From NCBI RefSeq assembly GCF_000143415.4, contig NW_003314308.1:558001-622000 (forward strand): a stretch of DNA of 64,000 nt, given 5' to 3'. Shown here in pieces: positions 23,754 to 39,423 of the stretch; positions within the stretch are counted from its first letter, which is position 1; each line of letters opens with the position of its first letter. The notes under the pieces were generated by a model that was not told the DNA's origin, made no database searches, and was given only the letters and a program-made list of their open reading frames with translations. The position numbers and the translations under genes are program-made. Source of the DNA: Selaginella moellendorffii. Its lineage: Eukaryota > Plantae > Lycopodiophyta.

Positions 23754-24926
23754 ATCTCTAGATCGATTTCTAGCTATCCAACCATACAATTAGGAGTGTA
23801 GTCCCGGCAAAGCTCAACGTTGCTTCCCGACACTCGTGTTCTTCGCTTGTTCTTCTTCACAATCCCAATTTCTAAAGTTGAAACTACTTATATCGAGGCC
23901 CCTTCGTCGGCGAATCCATGGACTCTGCTCAAGCGTGATGCGCGTATGATGGGGTCAGTATTTCCCCCGAAAGAACGCGTAAGAAGACCAAACCTTTTTG
24001 CAAAGACTCTAGCAAACCTCTACCGCTTTGCTGTGATCGCAGACAAAAGGAAAAGAGTGAAGCGCATTGAATGCACAAGAACTCTCTCTCACTGGTGTTA
24101 AGGCTTTGACGTAAAAATCGTAAAAAATGATTTTTAGTCCAGTCCAGTAAGGGAGCTTCACTGCAAATGGGAGGAAAAGTTCCTCGCGATCTGGCTTTCT
24201 TCGTTTTTAATCTGTGGTCAGCGAAGAAAAGCGTGCCTTCCTCGCAGTCAATAGTTCTCTTTCTATGTGATCGACGATGATGTTCTATCGATCTTCAATT
24301 AGTTTCAATTAACTTAGCCGAAAAAAAAAGTCCCAAAAAAAATTAAAACTTGGAGTTCTTTGGTTGCTTGTCAACTGTTATGAGATGCCAGTCACGGGAA
24401 AAAAACAGAGCAGCCATCGTGGAGAATTTCATCTCCATATCCGTGGAAATAAAATTGTGTCTGAATCCATCCATCGTTTTCTTACAGAAATCCGCTTTAC
24501 CGAAACGTCATCCCCCTTTTTTCTTTACTGGCGTTAAGTTCTAATTTGATGCTTCTTTGCAAACCCTAGGCCGCGCGTGGAGCGAGGAGGACGCCGATCT
24601 GGGGGCGCCATCGCGGCATCGCGCTGGGCAGCGCATTTTTCTTCCAGGTATGTCGCGGCGGATTTCCGGCGGGGGGATCTGTAGCGCTAGAGATCTCTCC
24701 CCGGAGCTACATTGGTGTGGAAATCAAGCAGGAGGGATTTCGTAGCTAGGAGCTGAGACGATCCTTCCTCTGGGAGAGAGCTGGGGGTTTTGGGGGATTT
24801 GATGGTCGCTGTAGGTGGAGATGAGTTGAGGAGGATGGCACAGAAGAGGTTGCGAGCTTGGTGCCACAGCTCCGTGTTTATAATTTTTTGGCCGCGAGGG
24901 AGACCGCAAAAGGGCTTCCAGGAAAG

Positions 24927-27900
24927 ATGTTTTTTGGGAGGAACAGTTTCTTATCGTCCCAGGAGGAACAGCCACGAACAGAGAATGGAGAGCGAATTGG
25001 TCACGGGCCCTCTCGATCAAGCACAGGGAGCCGGTCGGATGGATCGGCACATCTAGACGTGTCCGACCCTTCGTTCGAATCTTTCAGGGAGTTAGTTTCT
25101 GGAAGCGCTCTCCAGAGCGAAGTTTTCGGAGCTCCAGGATCCATGCAGAGTGAGAATGCTCCGGCCACAGCTCGCTCTCGGCTTTTCTCGGTGATTTCTT
25201 CCAAAGGACTACAAGCTCACGATCGCCATCCTTCTTCTTCCTCGGGTGCTGGTGGTCCTCCTCCAGCAGCTCGCACTGATGCAAGGAAGGAAAGAGTAGT
25301 ATACGTCGACAATCCTGGCAGGACTAATGAAAACTTCGAGTTCTCCGGGAACAAGGTCCGCACCAGCAAATATACGCTTATCTCGTTCCTTCCCAGGAAT
25401 CTGTTTGAGCAGTTTCATCGGGTTGCCTACATCTACTTTCTCCTGATAGTGATACTCAACCAGATTCCTCAGCTCGCGGTTTTTGGGAGGTTGGCTTCGC
25501 TGTTTCCTCTCCTCTTCGTGCTGGTTGTGACGGCTATCAAGGACGGTTACGAGGACTGGGGTCGTCACAGGTCGGACAGGGAAGAAAACAACAGGCTGTC
25601 TTGGGTGTTCCAGAATGGCCGGTTTGAGCCAAAGAGGTGGAAGAAAATTGAAGCCGGGGAAGTAGTGAAGATTTTCCAGGACGAGTCCATTCCGTGTGAT
25701 ATAGTTTTACTGGGAACGAGCGATGCAAACGGAGTAGCTTACGTCCAGACCATCAATTTAGACGGAGAGACGAACTTAAAGACGAGATATGCGCGGCAGG
25801 AGAGTGCAAGCAAGCATCCGGGCCTGGCTCCCATCACCGGCAAAGTCGTCTGCGAGCCTCCAAACAGGAATATCTACGACTTTGTGGCGTACTTGGAGAT
25901 CGATGACACTCAAGCTCCGCTCGGGCCAAACAACATCATACTCCGCGGGTGTGTGCTCAAAAACACCGCATGGATCGTGGGAGTTGTGGTTTATGCGGGA
26001 AAGGAGACGAAGGCAATGCTCAACAGCTCTGGTGCGCAGTCCAAACGAAGCAGGCTGGAGCAGCATATGAACAAGGAAACACTGTGGCTCTCGTTTTTCT
26101 TGCTGATCATCTGTATTGCCGGCGGTGTTGGGATGGGAAAATGGGTTCACGATCACGACAGCGATCTAAACAACTTTCCTTACTACAAGAAGCGTGACAC
26201 AGCGGACAAGAAGTTCATGTATTATGGACCTTTAGGAGAGGGGGTGTTTGCTTTTCTCAGCTTCATCATCATGTTCCAGATCATGATCCCGATTTCCTTG
26301 TACATCTCCATGGAGCTTGTTCGTCTCGGCCAGAGTTACTTCATGGTGAGAGACGTTGAGATGTTTCACGCGCCGTCAAACTCGAGACTCCAGTGCCGAG
26401 CTCTAAACATCAACGAAGACTTGGGACAGGTGAAATACATATTCTCAGATAAAACTGGCACACTAACCGAGAATAAGATGGAATTCCACTCAGCCAGCAT
26501 TGGAGGGGTTGATTATAGCAACGTTCTTGCAGCTAAAATTTCTGGTACTTCTGATTCCTCGGATGGCATGCAAGTCGAAGGTAACTCTTTTTTCTGTTTA
26601 AGGTATTTGTTTCATGTTTATGATCGTTTCTATGTTTGTGTTGTAGGTAGCCATCTCAAGCCTGGCGTTCGTCTTGACCCCAACTTATTAGAACTTCTTC
26701 AAACGGAGGTCACGTCCTCGGAAGCAACTTTTGTTCACCGTTACATGCTGGTGCTTGCGGCCTGCAATACAGTGGTTCCGACTCGCCACAGTGGACCGCT
26801 GCAATATCAGGCTGAATCTCCAGACGAGCAGGCTTTAGTTTTTGCGGCGTCTGCTTACGGCTATACACTTTTAGACCGAACTACTTCAACGATAGTACTG
26901 GATGTTCTTGGAGAGCAGAAAAGGTGACAAGTCTTCGTGCTGAAATGTTTGCTCTAACACTCAGTTACGTGGAACCATTTGCTGCAGCTACAAAATTGTA
27001 GGAATTCACGAGTTCGACAGTGTACGCAAGCGCATGTCGATCGTTGTGGAGTGCCCCGATAACACGTACAAGCTGCTAGTGAAAGGAGCGGACACAGCAG
27101 TGATGGATATCATTGCCAGGCCATCCGAGCAAGTAGAGTCAGGCTCAGGTTCCCTTGCAGACGGTCATTTGCAAGCAGGGGTGCTGTTTGCAACACAGAG
27201 GCACTTGGACTTCTATTCTACGCAAGGATTGCGCACTTTGGTCGTTGCTTTCAAGGATTTGGAGCAGCCCGAGTTTGAAGAGTGGCACGAAAAGTACAAG
27301 ATAGCTAGCACGGCACTGGTGGACAGGGTGAAGTTGCTCCGAGAGGCGGCTAGTTTAATAGAAAGAAATCTGGCCTTGCTGGGAGCTACTGCAATTGAGG
27401 ACAGGTTGCAAGATGGAGTACCCGAAACAATCTCGTCCCTGCGAAATTCGGGCATCAAAGTTTGGGTCTTGACAGGAGACAAGCAGGAGACTGCGATTTC
27501 TATTGGCTTTTCTTGCGCTCTTCTCACTCCGGACATGGAAAAAGTAATTGTCAACGCTAACACGAAAGAGCTCTGCGTCGAGAAACTCAAAGCCGCTATC
27601 AGAGAGCATGGGATTGCTGAGACCAAGGACGTGCACATTGGAGAGAAGAACTTGAAGGCTGTTAAAGGTGATTCTACCCGCAAGAAACAACTGGCTCTTA
27701 TTATCGATGGGAACAGTCTCGTGCACGCTCTTTCGCCGGACGTAGAAGAACTCGTAAGTGATATTCTCTTTTTTAAGTTTCTTTTACCTTAAACATTTTC
27801 TCGGTGTGTTTTCTCGCAGCTCTTTGACTTAGCCGTAGCATGCAGAATCGTTATTTGCTGTCGCGTCGCGCCGCTGCAAAAAGCCGGGATTGTCTCGTTG

Positions 27901-29081
27901 ATGAAACGAAGAACAAAGGACATGACTCTCGCTATTGGAGATGGTGAGTGATTTTTTTTCTTTTTGACTTTTGTGGCCTAGAAGTGGTTTTCATTTCCCG
28001 AAGTTGTGCTCAGGAGCCAATGATGTCTCCATGATACAGACAGCAGATGTTGGAATTGGATTGAGTGGCCAGGAAGGTCGGCAAGCAGTCATGGCATCTG
28101 ACTTTGCATTGGGCCAGTTTCGATTCTTGAAACGGCTTCTCCTCGTCCACGGTCACTGGAACTACCAGCGTCTCGCGTATATGGTGCTCTACAACTTTTA
28201 CAGGAATGCCGTGTTCGTGATGATGCTCTTCTGGTAAGCTCACTCTCGTTTTTCTTCTCACTTTTCTTCCTTTATCGTTGACATCTGCCTATAGGTACAT
28301 TTTGCACACAGCCTTCTCCGCACAGACAGCGCTTTTCGACTGGAACTTGATGTTCTACTCGCTGATATACACCTCCGTGCCAACGATCGTCGTCGGGATT
28401 CTAGACAAGGACTTGAGTCACAAAACTCTACTCGGACTTCCTCCACTCTACGGTGTCGGACAGAGAAACGAGAGCTACAACTCGGTGCTCTTCTGGGCGA
28501 CGATGCTGGACACGCTGTGGCAGAGCTTGGTTCTCTTCTACGTACCGTTTTTTACGTTCCAGGGAACGACCATCGATATCTGGGGGATGGGCTGCTTATG
28601 GGCCGCAGCAGTGGTGGTGTTGGTCAACTTACACCTCGCTATGGACGTCCTACACTGGACTTGGATCACTCACGCGGCGATCTGGGGATCCATCGTCGTC
28701 TCCTTTGCGTGTTTCTTCGTGCTGGACGCCTTGACAGACAAAGGATTCATCGCACACTACAGGTACTCACTCACTCTTTAGTTTTCCTTGTTTTGATCTC
28801 TAGTGGTGTTCTTCTCTCGCAGAGTTATGTTTCATATGGCATCGACTGCGGTGTTTTGGCTAAACATCTTACTCGTAATCGTCGTCGCGTTGCTTCCCCG
28901 ATTCTGTGCAAAGGTACTGATGCAAAAGTTTTGGCCGTCTGACCTTCACATTGCTAGGGAGCTCGAGCTAAAAAATCGAGCCGCCATTTCGGAGTTTGTG
29001 AAATCGTCCGCCCCTTCTCCCAGAATGGTGGAGCTCGACGATGTTCCTTACTCTGACAAAGAGAGTAAAGAAGACGAATAG
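24927..29081 (+). CDS. ALA1: P4-type ATPase phospholipid flippase (ALA1-like); start codon approximate
   Basis: [32 protein letters not shown], phosphorylation motif [29 protein letters not shown] and [13 protein letters not shown]. Confidence 0.95.
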
Positions 29082-29188
29082 AAAGGCAACTTTGCATAAA
29101 AATTCTTAGATCTGGACCGTCGGCTCAAAACGAATTTGGACCGTCGGTTTCCTGGCATATTCGTCAGGATTTTTGGGATGAGCCCTAA

Positions 29189-31599
<2,411 letters not shown>

Positions 31600-31727
31600 A
31601 TTGTAAGCTGAATATCCTCTCGAGCAGAATATTCTCTTGCGGCTCTTAAGCAGAATATCCGCCTTTATATCCGTTTATTATCTGCGGCGCAGGTTAGGGT
31701 TTTTGTGTTCTTCCCAGGGTCTTCGCG

Positions 31728-33911
31728 ATGAACGACTACAATGTCGCCGGCATGCCCGCGCGCCCCAAGGCTGCGCAGAACCGGGCCACTGTCCAGCAGC
31801 TCAAACTGGTAAGTCTCGTCTCGCCTCTTCTCTTTGATCGGCTTCTCAGCCCTTTTCTTTCAGATCGGCCAGAGCCATCCCACCGGATTGACTGCGAATC
31901 TTTTGAAGCTCTTCGAGCCGCGGCCTCCTCTCGAGTACAAGCCGCCGCCGGAGAAGCGGAATCTTCCACCGTATCATGGTAAGAAAGGATTGCTCGTGGG
32001 ACTGGTTTCTTAAGCTCTACCAGGTATTTCACAATTTGTCCAACACTTTGCGGAGCCGGGTGATCCGGAGTACAGTCCTCCAATTGTGAAAGCTGAAACT
32101 CCGGTATGACAATCGGAGTCTCTTTTTTCCTTGTTTCTAAACTTGTGATTTTCAGTCTCAAAGACGAGCAAGGATCCATAGCGTTCGTCTGGAGAAGGGG
32201 GCGGAGAAGGCAACTGAGGATCTGGAAAAATGTGAGTCGTCATGGATTCTCATCTTTCGATGCTCATTTTGTTTCTTTCAGATGACCCTCAAACCGATTC
32301 CAACATTGAGGGCGATCCATACAAAACACTATTTGTCGCGAGGATTGTAAGTTTCTTTTCTCCTCTATGTCCTGGCAAGGCTTCATCTTGTCCTTTGTTC
32401 TTTTTTTTTTCTTTCCATAGAGTTACGAGACAACGGAACACAAAATTAAAAGGGAGTTTGAGGCATATGGTCCAATAAAAAGGGTAGGTATCCAACTGTG
32501 GTGGTCAAGGAGCTTACAACTCCTCGACTGTGGTAAGATATCCTGTTGTGAGTTCACTCTTATCCTTACCATTTTCCCGTTTATTTTTCTCATCACATTT
32601 TAGCTGCATCGAAAGCACATACTTGTCTAAGCTGCAGATATGTTTCCATGGCTTTCTTCTACTCCACTGCATGAGTTTTGTTTCTGAAGACTGAGAAGTA
32701 AGTGTGTTCATCAGGTATAAGCCCTTTTCTTCTTTTTTCTTTTACTTCATCGGATTGACAAATATCCAAGACTTGGAGCGCATGTTTGTTTGTTTGCAGA
32801 TTAGCAACACACCGAAATTATCTGGCTAGAACAAGAGTCTAGACAGGCAATCTCAAACCTTTTCCTAGTTTAGAGTCAGCCATGCTAGTTTGCTTTCGCC
32901 CCTGGTAAGAGGGTTTTACTGGTAAGCCAACAAAGTTTGAAACTCGTTACTCTCGACGCGTATCTTATGTCTTTGAAGCTGGGCACGGCGAGTGAGGCTT
33001 AATGCCTTCATGTCTGCCGTGTGGAATAGCGTGCATTTTAATAGTCCGCTTGGTTTGTGCTCTTCAGAGCGCGAGAATCGTCTTACTTAATGCTCTTTTC
33101 GTTCTCCAGGTTCGCCTTGTCCATGACAAGGACAGTAATAAGCCTCGCGGGTATGCTTTCATCGAGTACTTCCATACACGCGACATGAAAGGTACGTGGT
33201 TTCCTTTTGCAAGCTTTGCTGATATGAATTTGTTTGTTCTGCTTGTAGCTGCTTACAAACAAGCCGATGGACGGAAAATTGATAACCGGAGAGTTTTAGT
33301 TGATGTCGAGCGTGGTCGGACGGTGCCGAACTGGAGACCCCGGAGGCTTGGCGGTGGTCTGGGGTCTACTCGTGTCGGTGGCGACGAAGTGAATCAAAAG
33401 TACTCCGGCCGGTATGCTCCTATCTCTTTCGTTTGTGCTCTTGAAAATCCTTTTTTTTTTCCTCAGAGAACCACAAGTAGGGGGCGCTAGAACTGAGGAG
33501 AAGCCCAGGGACGAGAGAAGCCCGGACGAAAGGTTTGTGTTTCCTTTGTGTATAGTTTTGAGCTGTCTAAAAGTTTTTTCATTTTGCAGAGACCGAGAAA
33601 GAGATCGCGATCGAGAGAGAGACCGTGATAGAGATCACAAAGATCGAGACAGGCCGAGAGACCGGGAGAGGCACCGAGAGAGGGACCGAGACCGGGATAG
33701 GGAGCCCCGTGGAGATAGAGAAAGAAGCCGTGGAAGAGAGAGGGACCGAGAAAGAGGAGGCCGCCGAGATCATCACGAACGAGGGGAGCGCGAGAGAGAC
33801 CGAGAGCGTGATAGAGATCGAGAGCGCGATAGAGGCTACGAGCGAGAGAGAGACAAAGATCGCGATAGAAGTGAGAAGTCTCGTTCTAGAGAGCCTATGG
33901 AGATGGACTAG
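31728..33911 (+). CDS. U1-70K: U1 snRNP 70 kDa protein
   Basis: [32 protein letters not shown]1 [30 protein letters not shown] and an RD/RE-rich tail. Confidence 0.96.
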
Positions 33912-34106
33912 AATACGTTTATCTATTTGTCCTTGTATACTTTCTTTCAACGGCTTTAGTTTGATTTACTTGCGAAGATTCTATGAAAGATTCTTTAGGG
34001 TTTATGGGAGGTAATGCTGGTGGTGGAGGATGATCGACCGTGGCGGCAACTGCTTCTCGGCTGGATTATGAGCGATTGAAGCGTAGGAGGTGCCGGATTA
34101 GCTAGG

Positions 34107-37104
34107 ATGATCGTCGCCAGTATCTGGCAGCAGGCAATCTACTACACCGCGAATAATCTCTTGCCGGACGCGGCGTGTGTGCTGAATCGCAAGCGTCAGC
34201 AGTGGCGGAGCGCGAATTTCCAGCGATGGAGCGCCAAATCGAGCGGATTGAGAGCAATCCCGGTGACGGACAAGGCTTCTTGGATAGAGGTACATGAATT
34301 TCTTCTTGCGCTAGAGTCGGATTCACGATAAAGCTTACAGGAGGAGGAGGAAGTCCAGGAATTCTCCCTCGGGCCACTATCGGGCGATCTTGCGGAGATA
34401 GAAGCCTTCTGTCGAATCCAGCGCCTTGCCGAGCAGCTCCACAGGACCGTGATGGAATCTCTACGTCGGTTAGAGAGCGCCGACGAGAACGTTGGTGCTC
34501 GAGGTGTGTTTAGTTCGTCCTTGGAGGAGAAAGTGGTGGCTGGGCTGGGGTGCATTGGAGCTACTCTCCATCAGGGAAGGCTGGACATTCTAGGTGGCTA
34601 CTCGAACGAGGAGGAAGAAAGGCTTCCTCGCCTCGCTCGGTTTCGATCCAAGCTTAGAGGGTGTTGCTCGTCGTTACGTACCTCTCTCCAGTCCTTGTTA
34701 CCGGCGAAAGGAGACCAGAATCTAGCGGTTTACAGGATCTTACACAGGCTGACCAACGTTTGCCTCGACGCTGGGTTTCCTCGTCCCGATGGAGCACCGT
34801 GCTATGGACACATTCCAAACTTCGCGACTGTCAAGCTCCAGAAAGGTGACGAGAATTTGGTGGAGTTTTGGAGGGGTGGGAACATCAATGAGGAAGGCTT
34901 GGAGTGGTTGCTACAGCGGGAGTTTAAGACGATTGTGGATTTGAGAGATGAAGATCCTCAGAACGAACTGGCCGAAGCAGCGCTCATGAAAGCCGAAGCG
35001 TCTGGGAGAATAAGGCGAGTAAGAATTCCCGTGTCAGTGCAGACAGCGCCGACGATGGAACAAGTGCGCGAGTTTGCGGATATCGTCTCGGATGCTGCGA
35101 ATCGGCCGGTTTTCCTGCAAAGCTATGCCGGCGTGGTGAGAGCATCAGCGATGGTATCCAGGTGGCGGGAGTTTGTGCTTCGTGGAGGCTTGGATCGTAA
35201 CTGTAGCGAGCCGATGTGCACAGTCGAAGACATATTTCTGGAGGAGACACCTGACAAAGCCTCTGAAAGCTCCAAGGTTGCAGCCAACATGTTAAGAACA
35301 ACGAGTCCCTTCGAGGCTCAAATGCCGGGGCCGGATGTCTTCTCTCGCATGTCTATGGCAAGATTTTTCAAGAGGAAACGTACGCTGCCAGGCTCCGCCC
35401 GGCGGCAAAGAAGGACTATCTACTCTCGTTTGGATCCAGACGAGAACGCACAAAATGGACGCTTCAATGCCAAGGTTGAGGTGCCTAGCAAACCATCTGG
35501 AGGTAGCACGAATGGACGAGCTGGTGGCCGAGCAAAGGAAGAAGATGATAACGGCGCTGTCCAAGGTGATATGTGCGCTTCGAAAACCGGTGTCGTCAGG
35601 CTCCAGTCGAGGAAGAAGGCCGAGATGTATCTCGTGAGAACAGATGGTTATAGTTGCACCAGGGAGAGAGTGACGGAGTCGACGCTGGCATTCACGCATC
35701 CCAGTACACAACAGCAGATGCTCATGTGGAAGACTGCACCAAAAACGGTTTTGTTGCTAAAGAAGCTGGGAGAGGAGCTCATGGAAGAGGCGAAACAGGT
35801 GAGAGCTTGGTATGTCTCTGGTTACGATGACTTAGTTTTCGTGGTTTCTCTGTGACCAGGTGGCTTCGTTTCTGTACAATCACGAAGGCATGAATGTTAT
35901 GGTTGAACCTGACGTACACGATCGATTTGCCAGATTTCCGGGTTTCGGATTCATCCAGACTTTCTACAATCACGATATTGGGTGATTTCTTCTCAGACGA
36001 TTTATTATTGTCTGTTTTTTCTGTTTTAGTCTGTTTCTTGGCTAAAATCTTTTTGTTTTTGACTTGGCAGCGAGCTCCATGAAAGAGTTGATTTTGTGGT
36101 GTGCCTCGGTGGAGATGGAGTCATCTTGCATGCATCCAATTTGTTTAGGAGTGCTGTTCCTCCCGTGGTTTCTTTCAATCTTGGCTCCCTCGGATTCTTA
36201 ACTGCTCATCCCGTAAGTGTTCGTTCTTGCTGATTGCAAAGGTTCTAACACAAGCCCATGCTTTTAGTTTGAGGACTTCAAACAAGACTTACGCGCGGTC
36301 ATACACGGAAATAGAATAGAAGGGGTGTATGTTACTTTGCGTATGCGCTTGAGGTGTGAAATCGTCAGAGATGGACAACCGGTTTCAGGGAAGGTCTTTG
36401 AAGTTCTTAATGAAGTTGTCGTGGACAGAGGATCGAATCCTTATCTCTGCAAGATCGAATGTTACGAAAGGAACCGGCTCATCACAAAGGTAAGCTTTTT
36501 TTCCGTGGACAATGGAGGTTTTGTGACAACTCTCTTCACAGGTTCAAGCGGACGGGGTGTTAGTAGCCACACCGACTGGTAGCACAGCTTACTCCACTGC
36601 TGCTGGAGGATCAATGGTTAGTAATAGATTGGTTTGAAAACTTTATCTAACTGGCTTATTCTATGATCTCAGGTTCATCCGAATGTGCCTTGTATGCTGT
36701 TCACGCCCATCTGTCCTCATTCGTTATCGTTTCGTCCAGTGATCCTACCCGACTCTGCTATTCTTGAACTGAAGGTACGCTAACTTTTCTGTTCACTTCT
36801 GGACTTTTGGCGTGGTTCATGCACCCTCGCTTGAGTTTCGTGACGCCCTGAGACTAGCTAGAGCTATGGCACCATTACAGTTTTTACTTTGCAGGTTCCC
36901 AGTGACTCAAGAAGCAATGCTTGGGTCTCGTTTGACGGGAAAAAGAGGCAGCAGCTCACCAAAGGCGATTTGGTGCGAATTCATATGGGCAGGAATCCAA
37001 TGCCTACAGTTAACAAATCCGACCAGACGTCCGATTGGTTTCGGAGCCTAGACAGATGCTTTAACTGGAGTGCTCGTAAAGAACAGATGGCTCTACTTCA
37101 CTGA
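34107..37104 (+). CDS. NADK2: Chloroplast NAD kinase 2 (ending in terminal exon A, 36895-37104)
   Basis: [16 protein letters not shown], a PTP-like domain (KTIVDLR; QSYAGVVR), [37 protein letters not shown] and [11 protein letters not shown]. Confidence 0.95.
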
Positions 37105-37213
37105 CTAACAGGTTATTCATTGTAGGTTGCCTAAAGATACATGTCTTTCTTGCATGAAGTTTGTGTTTTCATCATCATATTGACGCTTGTTCTAACTGTT
37201 GCTGCTTTCACAG

Positions 37214-37474
37214 GTTCCAGAAGACGCGAGGAGCTCGGCATTTGTTTCTTTCGACGGGAAGCGAAAGCATCCCCTCAAAATGGGTGAATCCATCCGAATC
37301 AGCATGAGCAAGCATCCCATGTCGACGGTAAATAAGCGGGATCAAACAGATGATTGGTTTGCCAGTTTGTCTCGATGCTTTGGCTGGAACCAACGAGCCG
37401 AGCAAAAGTCGATCACAGGTGCACACGCCAGGATTTGTTTTCCCATAAACTAGTGCTCTTCTTTCGCAGGTTAA
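37214..37474 (+). CDS. NADK2: Duplicated alternative terminal exon B of NADK2
   Basis: Acceptor ttcacag|GTTCCA is in the same phase as exon A (ttgcag|GTTCCC). It encodes VPEDARSSAFVSFDGKRKHPL...DWFASLSRCFGWNQRAEQKSITG. It ends either via a 51-bp intron (37419-37469) at TAA 37472-37474, or unspliced at 37453. Confidence 0.8.
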
Positions 37475-38119
37475 CGACGTAGCTAAGTTGGCACTGCTGG
37501 GACATGAAAAAAAGCGTAAACTCCAAATTTAAGTGTTCGCCACCTTCGCCCCGACGATGATGCCGCATTGGTGAAGTAGACCTCCTTGCGGATCAGGCTG
37601 AAGAAAATATGCGCAGCCGGGCGCGGTCGGTACCATGGGCTTACTCATGTTAATAAACCACTAATGATAATTCAACCACTAGAATGATCTTTTCTTGATC
37701 AGGTATATACTTATATATTAAGTTATTGTGATTAAAACATGTCACTAATTTCTATACATATAGAATACAGTTATTAACCACATATCGATATATTCGATCC
37801 AACTTGGATATACATGATAGATTTTAAGAGCTTTTTGAGTTAGTGTAAAATAATTATCTACAAATATGCACTTGAAAATCTTATATAAATATAACTTGTC
37901 TGGCAAATTGGCGATGCAGTTGTTTAAGCATAAGTCTTGATTGCCATAGGTTTGAATCACAAAGCTATTGAAGTCATCTGAAAGAGTTGCCTATAGAGGC
38001 AAGGTTTTGCTTGTTTAAGATTATATACATCACAAAAACAAATTGCCTAATTCCATCATTGTTATTAAATGATAAATTTCATTATCAATCAAACATTAAT
38101 AATTTAGTAAGAAAGGTAA

Positions 38120-38243
38120 GTGGCTGGTACCACCAGACTGAACGTTTGCCGCTGCTAATTTCGTTGAATATCCTCCTAGCATATCGATTCCTGCAACAGC
38201 TCCCTCCCCATTTGTCACGGCTCTTGCCATTTCTTTGACATTG
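38120..38243 (-). pseudogene. Fragment of an MDR-superfamily (enoyl-reductase-like) gene, inverted relative to the piece at 39020
   Basis: Reads NVKEMARAVTNGEGAVAGIDMLGGYSTKLAAANVQSGGT, matching the MDR pattern T.G.G....D..GG.......l..GG. Confidence 0.55.
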
Positions 38244-39019
38244 TTTATGTATTGTTTATATATTTCCTTTTTGTCGCTTGATATTTAGTCAAATTGCAAG
38301 AATATTTGTATTATTTTATTGGAAACACGTGTTGCATACAGCCTAGCTATATTTTAGCATGATAATATTATTACCAATTGTTTTTAATAGAAAAATTATG
38401 TTTATTCATATCCTTCTATTTCTTTGGATTTTTCAAGAGTAGAAAAACTATATTAGATACATTTATAATTATATTTATATTATTTTATTGAAAGTACAGA
38501 CTTATCTTATATAATCTAATGTTAACATGTGAAAACCCGGCAAGAAAAAACATGAATTTGTGGTTTCTAGAGTTTATTATGCACAAAAACATAAATTAAA
38601 TTATATATTGATTTTTATAAATTTAATTTTGTGATTAATATAGGTTTGCTGAAGTTGCTGAATAAACTTTTATTGAAAGTTTCCCAAAAAAGTTTTTAAA
38701 CTTATCAAATGTATCAGGCTATCCAGAATAAATATTGAGTTTCACTTCAAATCATTTGTTATTCAATTGTGTTGGTAACTTTCTTATGTAGCTTGAATTG
38801 TGAAAATTATCTATTGAATTTTGAAATATTGAAAAAAAATTATAATATGAAATACGTATTGTGGCCAGAACAAAATGGCAAAAGCTAGGGCCCTGTAGAA
38901 TTAGACTTTTCCCTAGTAGAAAGATATGGTGATGATTGCTATCAGAAAAAAGCCAATAATAGTTGCAGTTGGGCTAAAAACATGTAAAAATGATCCATAT
39001 AATACATAAATCTTCTATA

Positions 39020-39260
39020 AGCTCTTCACCATCGGTACCTTGGAATCAACAGACCTCATCTCCTTCAATGACATGTGGAGGAACATTCATCACAATCTTT
39101 GATTAACTTCCAAGGAGATAAGCACAAAGTGGCAGAAGAGGTGTTCAAGCAGGGAATTATAGAAACACCTGGCTGTCGTAGGTTTGAATTTGAAGAGTAT
39201 CACAAAGCTATTGTGAAATCTGAGAGAGTTGCCGGTGGGGGCAAGGTTTTACTTGTTTAA
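39020..39260 (+). pseudogene. C-terminal fragment of an MDR-superfamily (ETR-like) oxidoreductase
   Basis: LFTIGTLESTDL, then after a frameshift KHKVAEEVFKQGIIETPGCRRFEFEEYHKAIVKSERVAGGGKVLLV*. The GKVLL ending is typical of MDR proteins. No intact upstream exons. Confidence 0.55.
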
Positions 39261-39423
39261 GATATATATAGACACATATTATATTTTGGTTTCATCCTTT
39301 GTAGCTCTGTAGGAGTAGAGGAAGTAAGTTACAAAGTTACAAATGCAATAGCTAATGCTTTTCTCTTGCATTTTGAAACTTAGCACGACAATCATCTAAT
39401 TGTCCATCCAAAAAAGAGTGTTT

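Noticed and set aside
35100-35160. Active phosphatase domain in NADK2
   Set aside because: The catalytic Cys is missing (QSYAGVVR). A degenerate PTP-like domain is an ordinary NADK2 feature.
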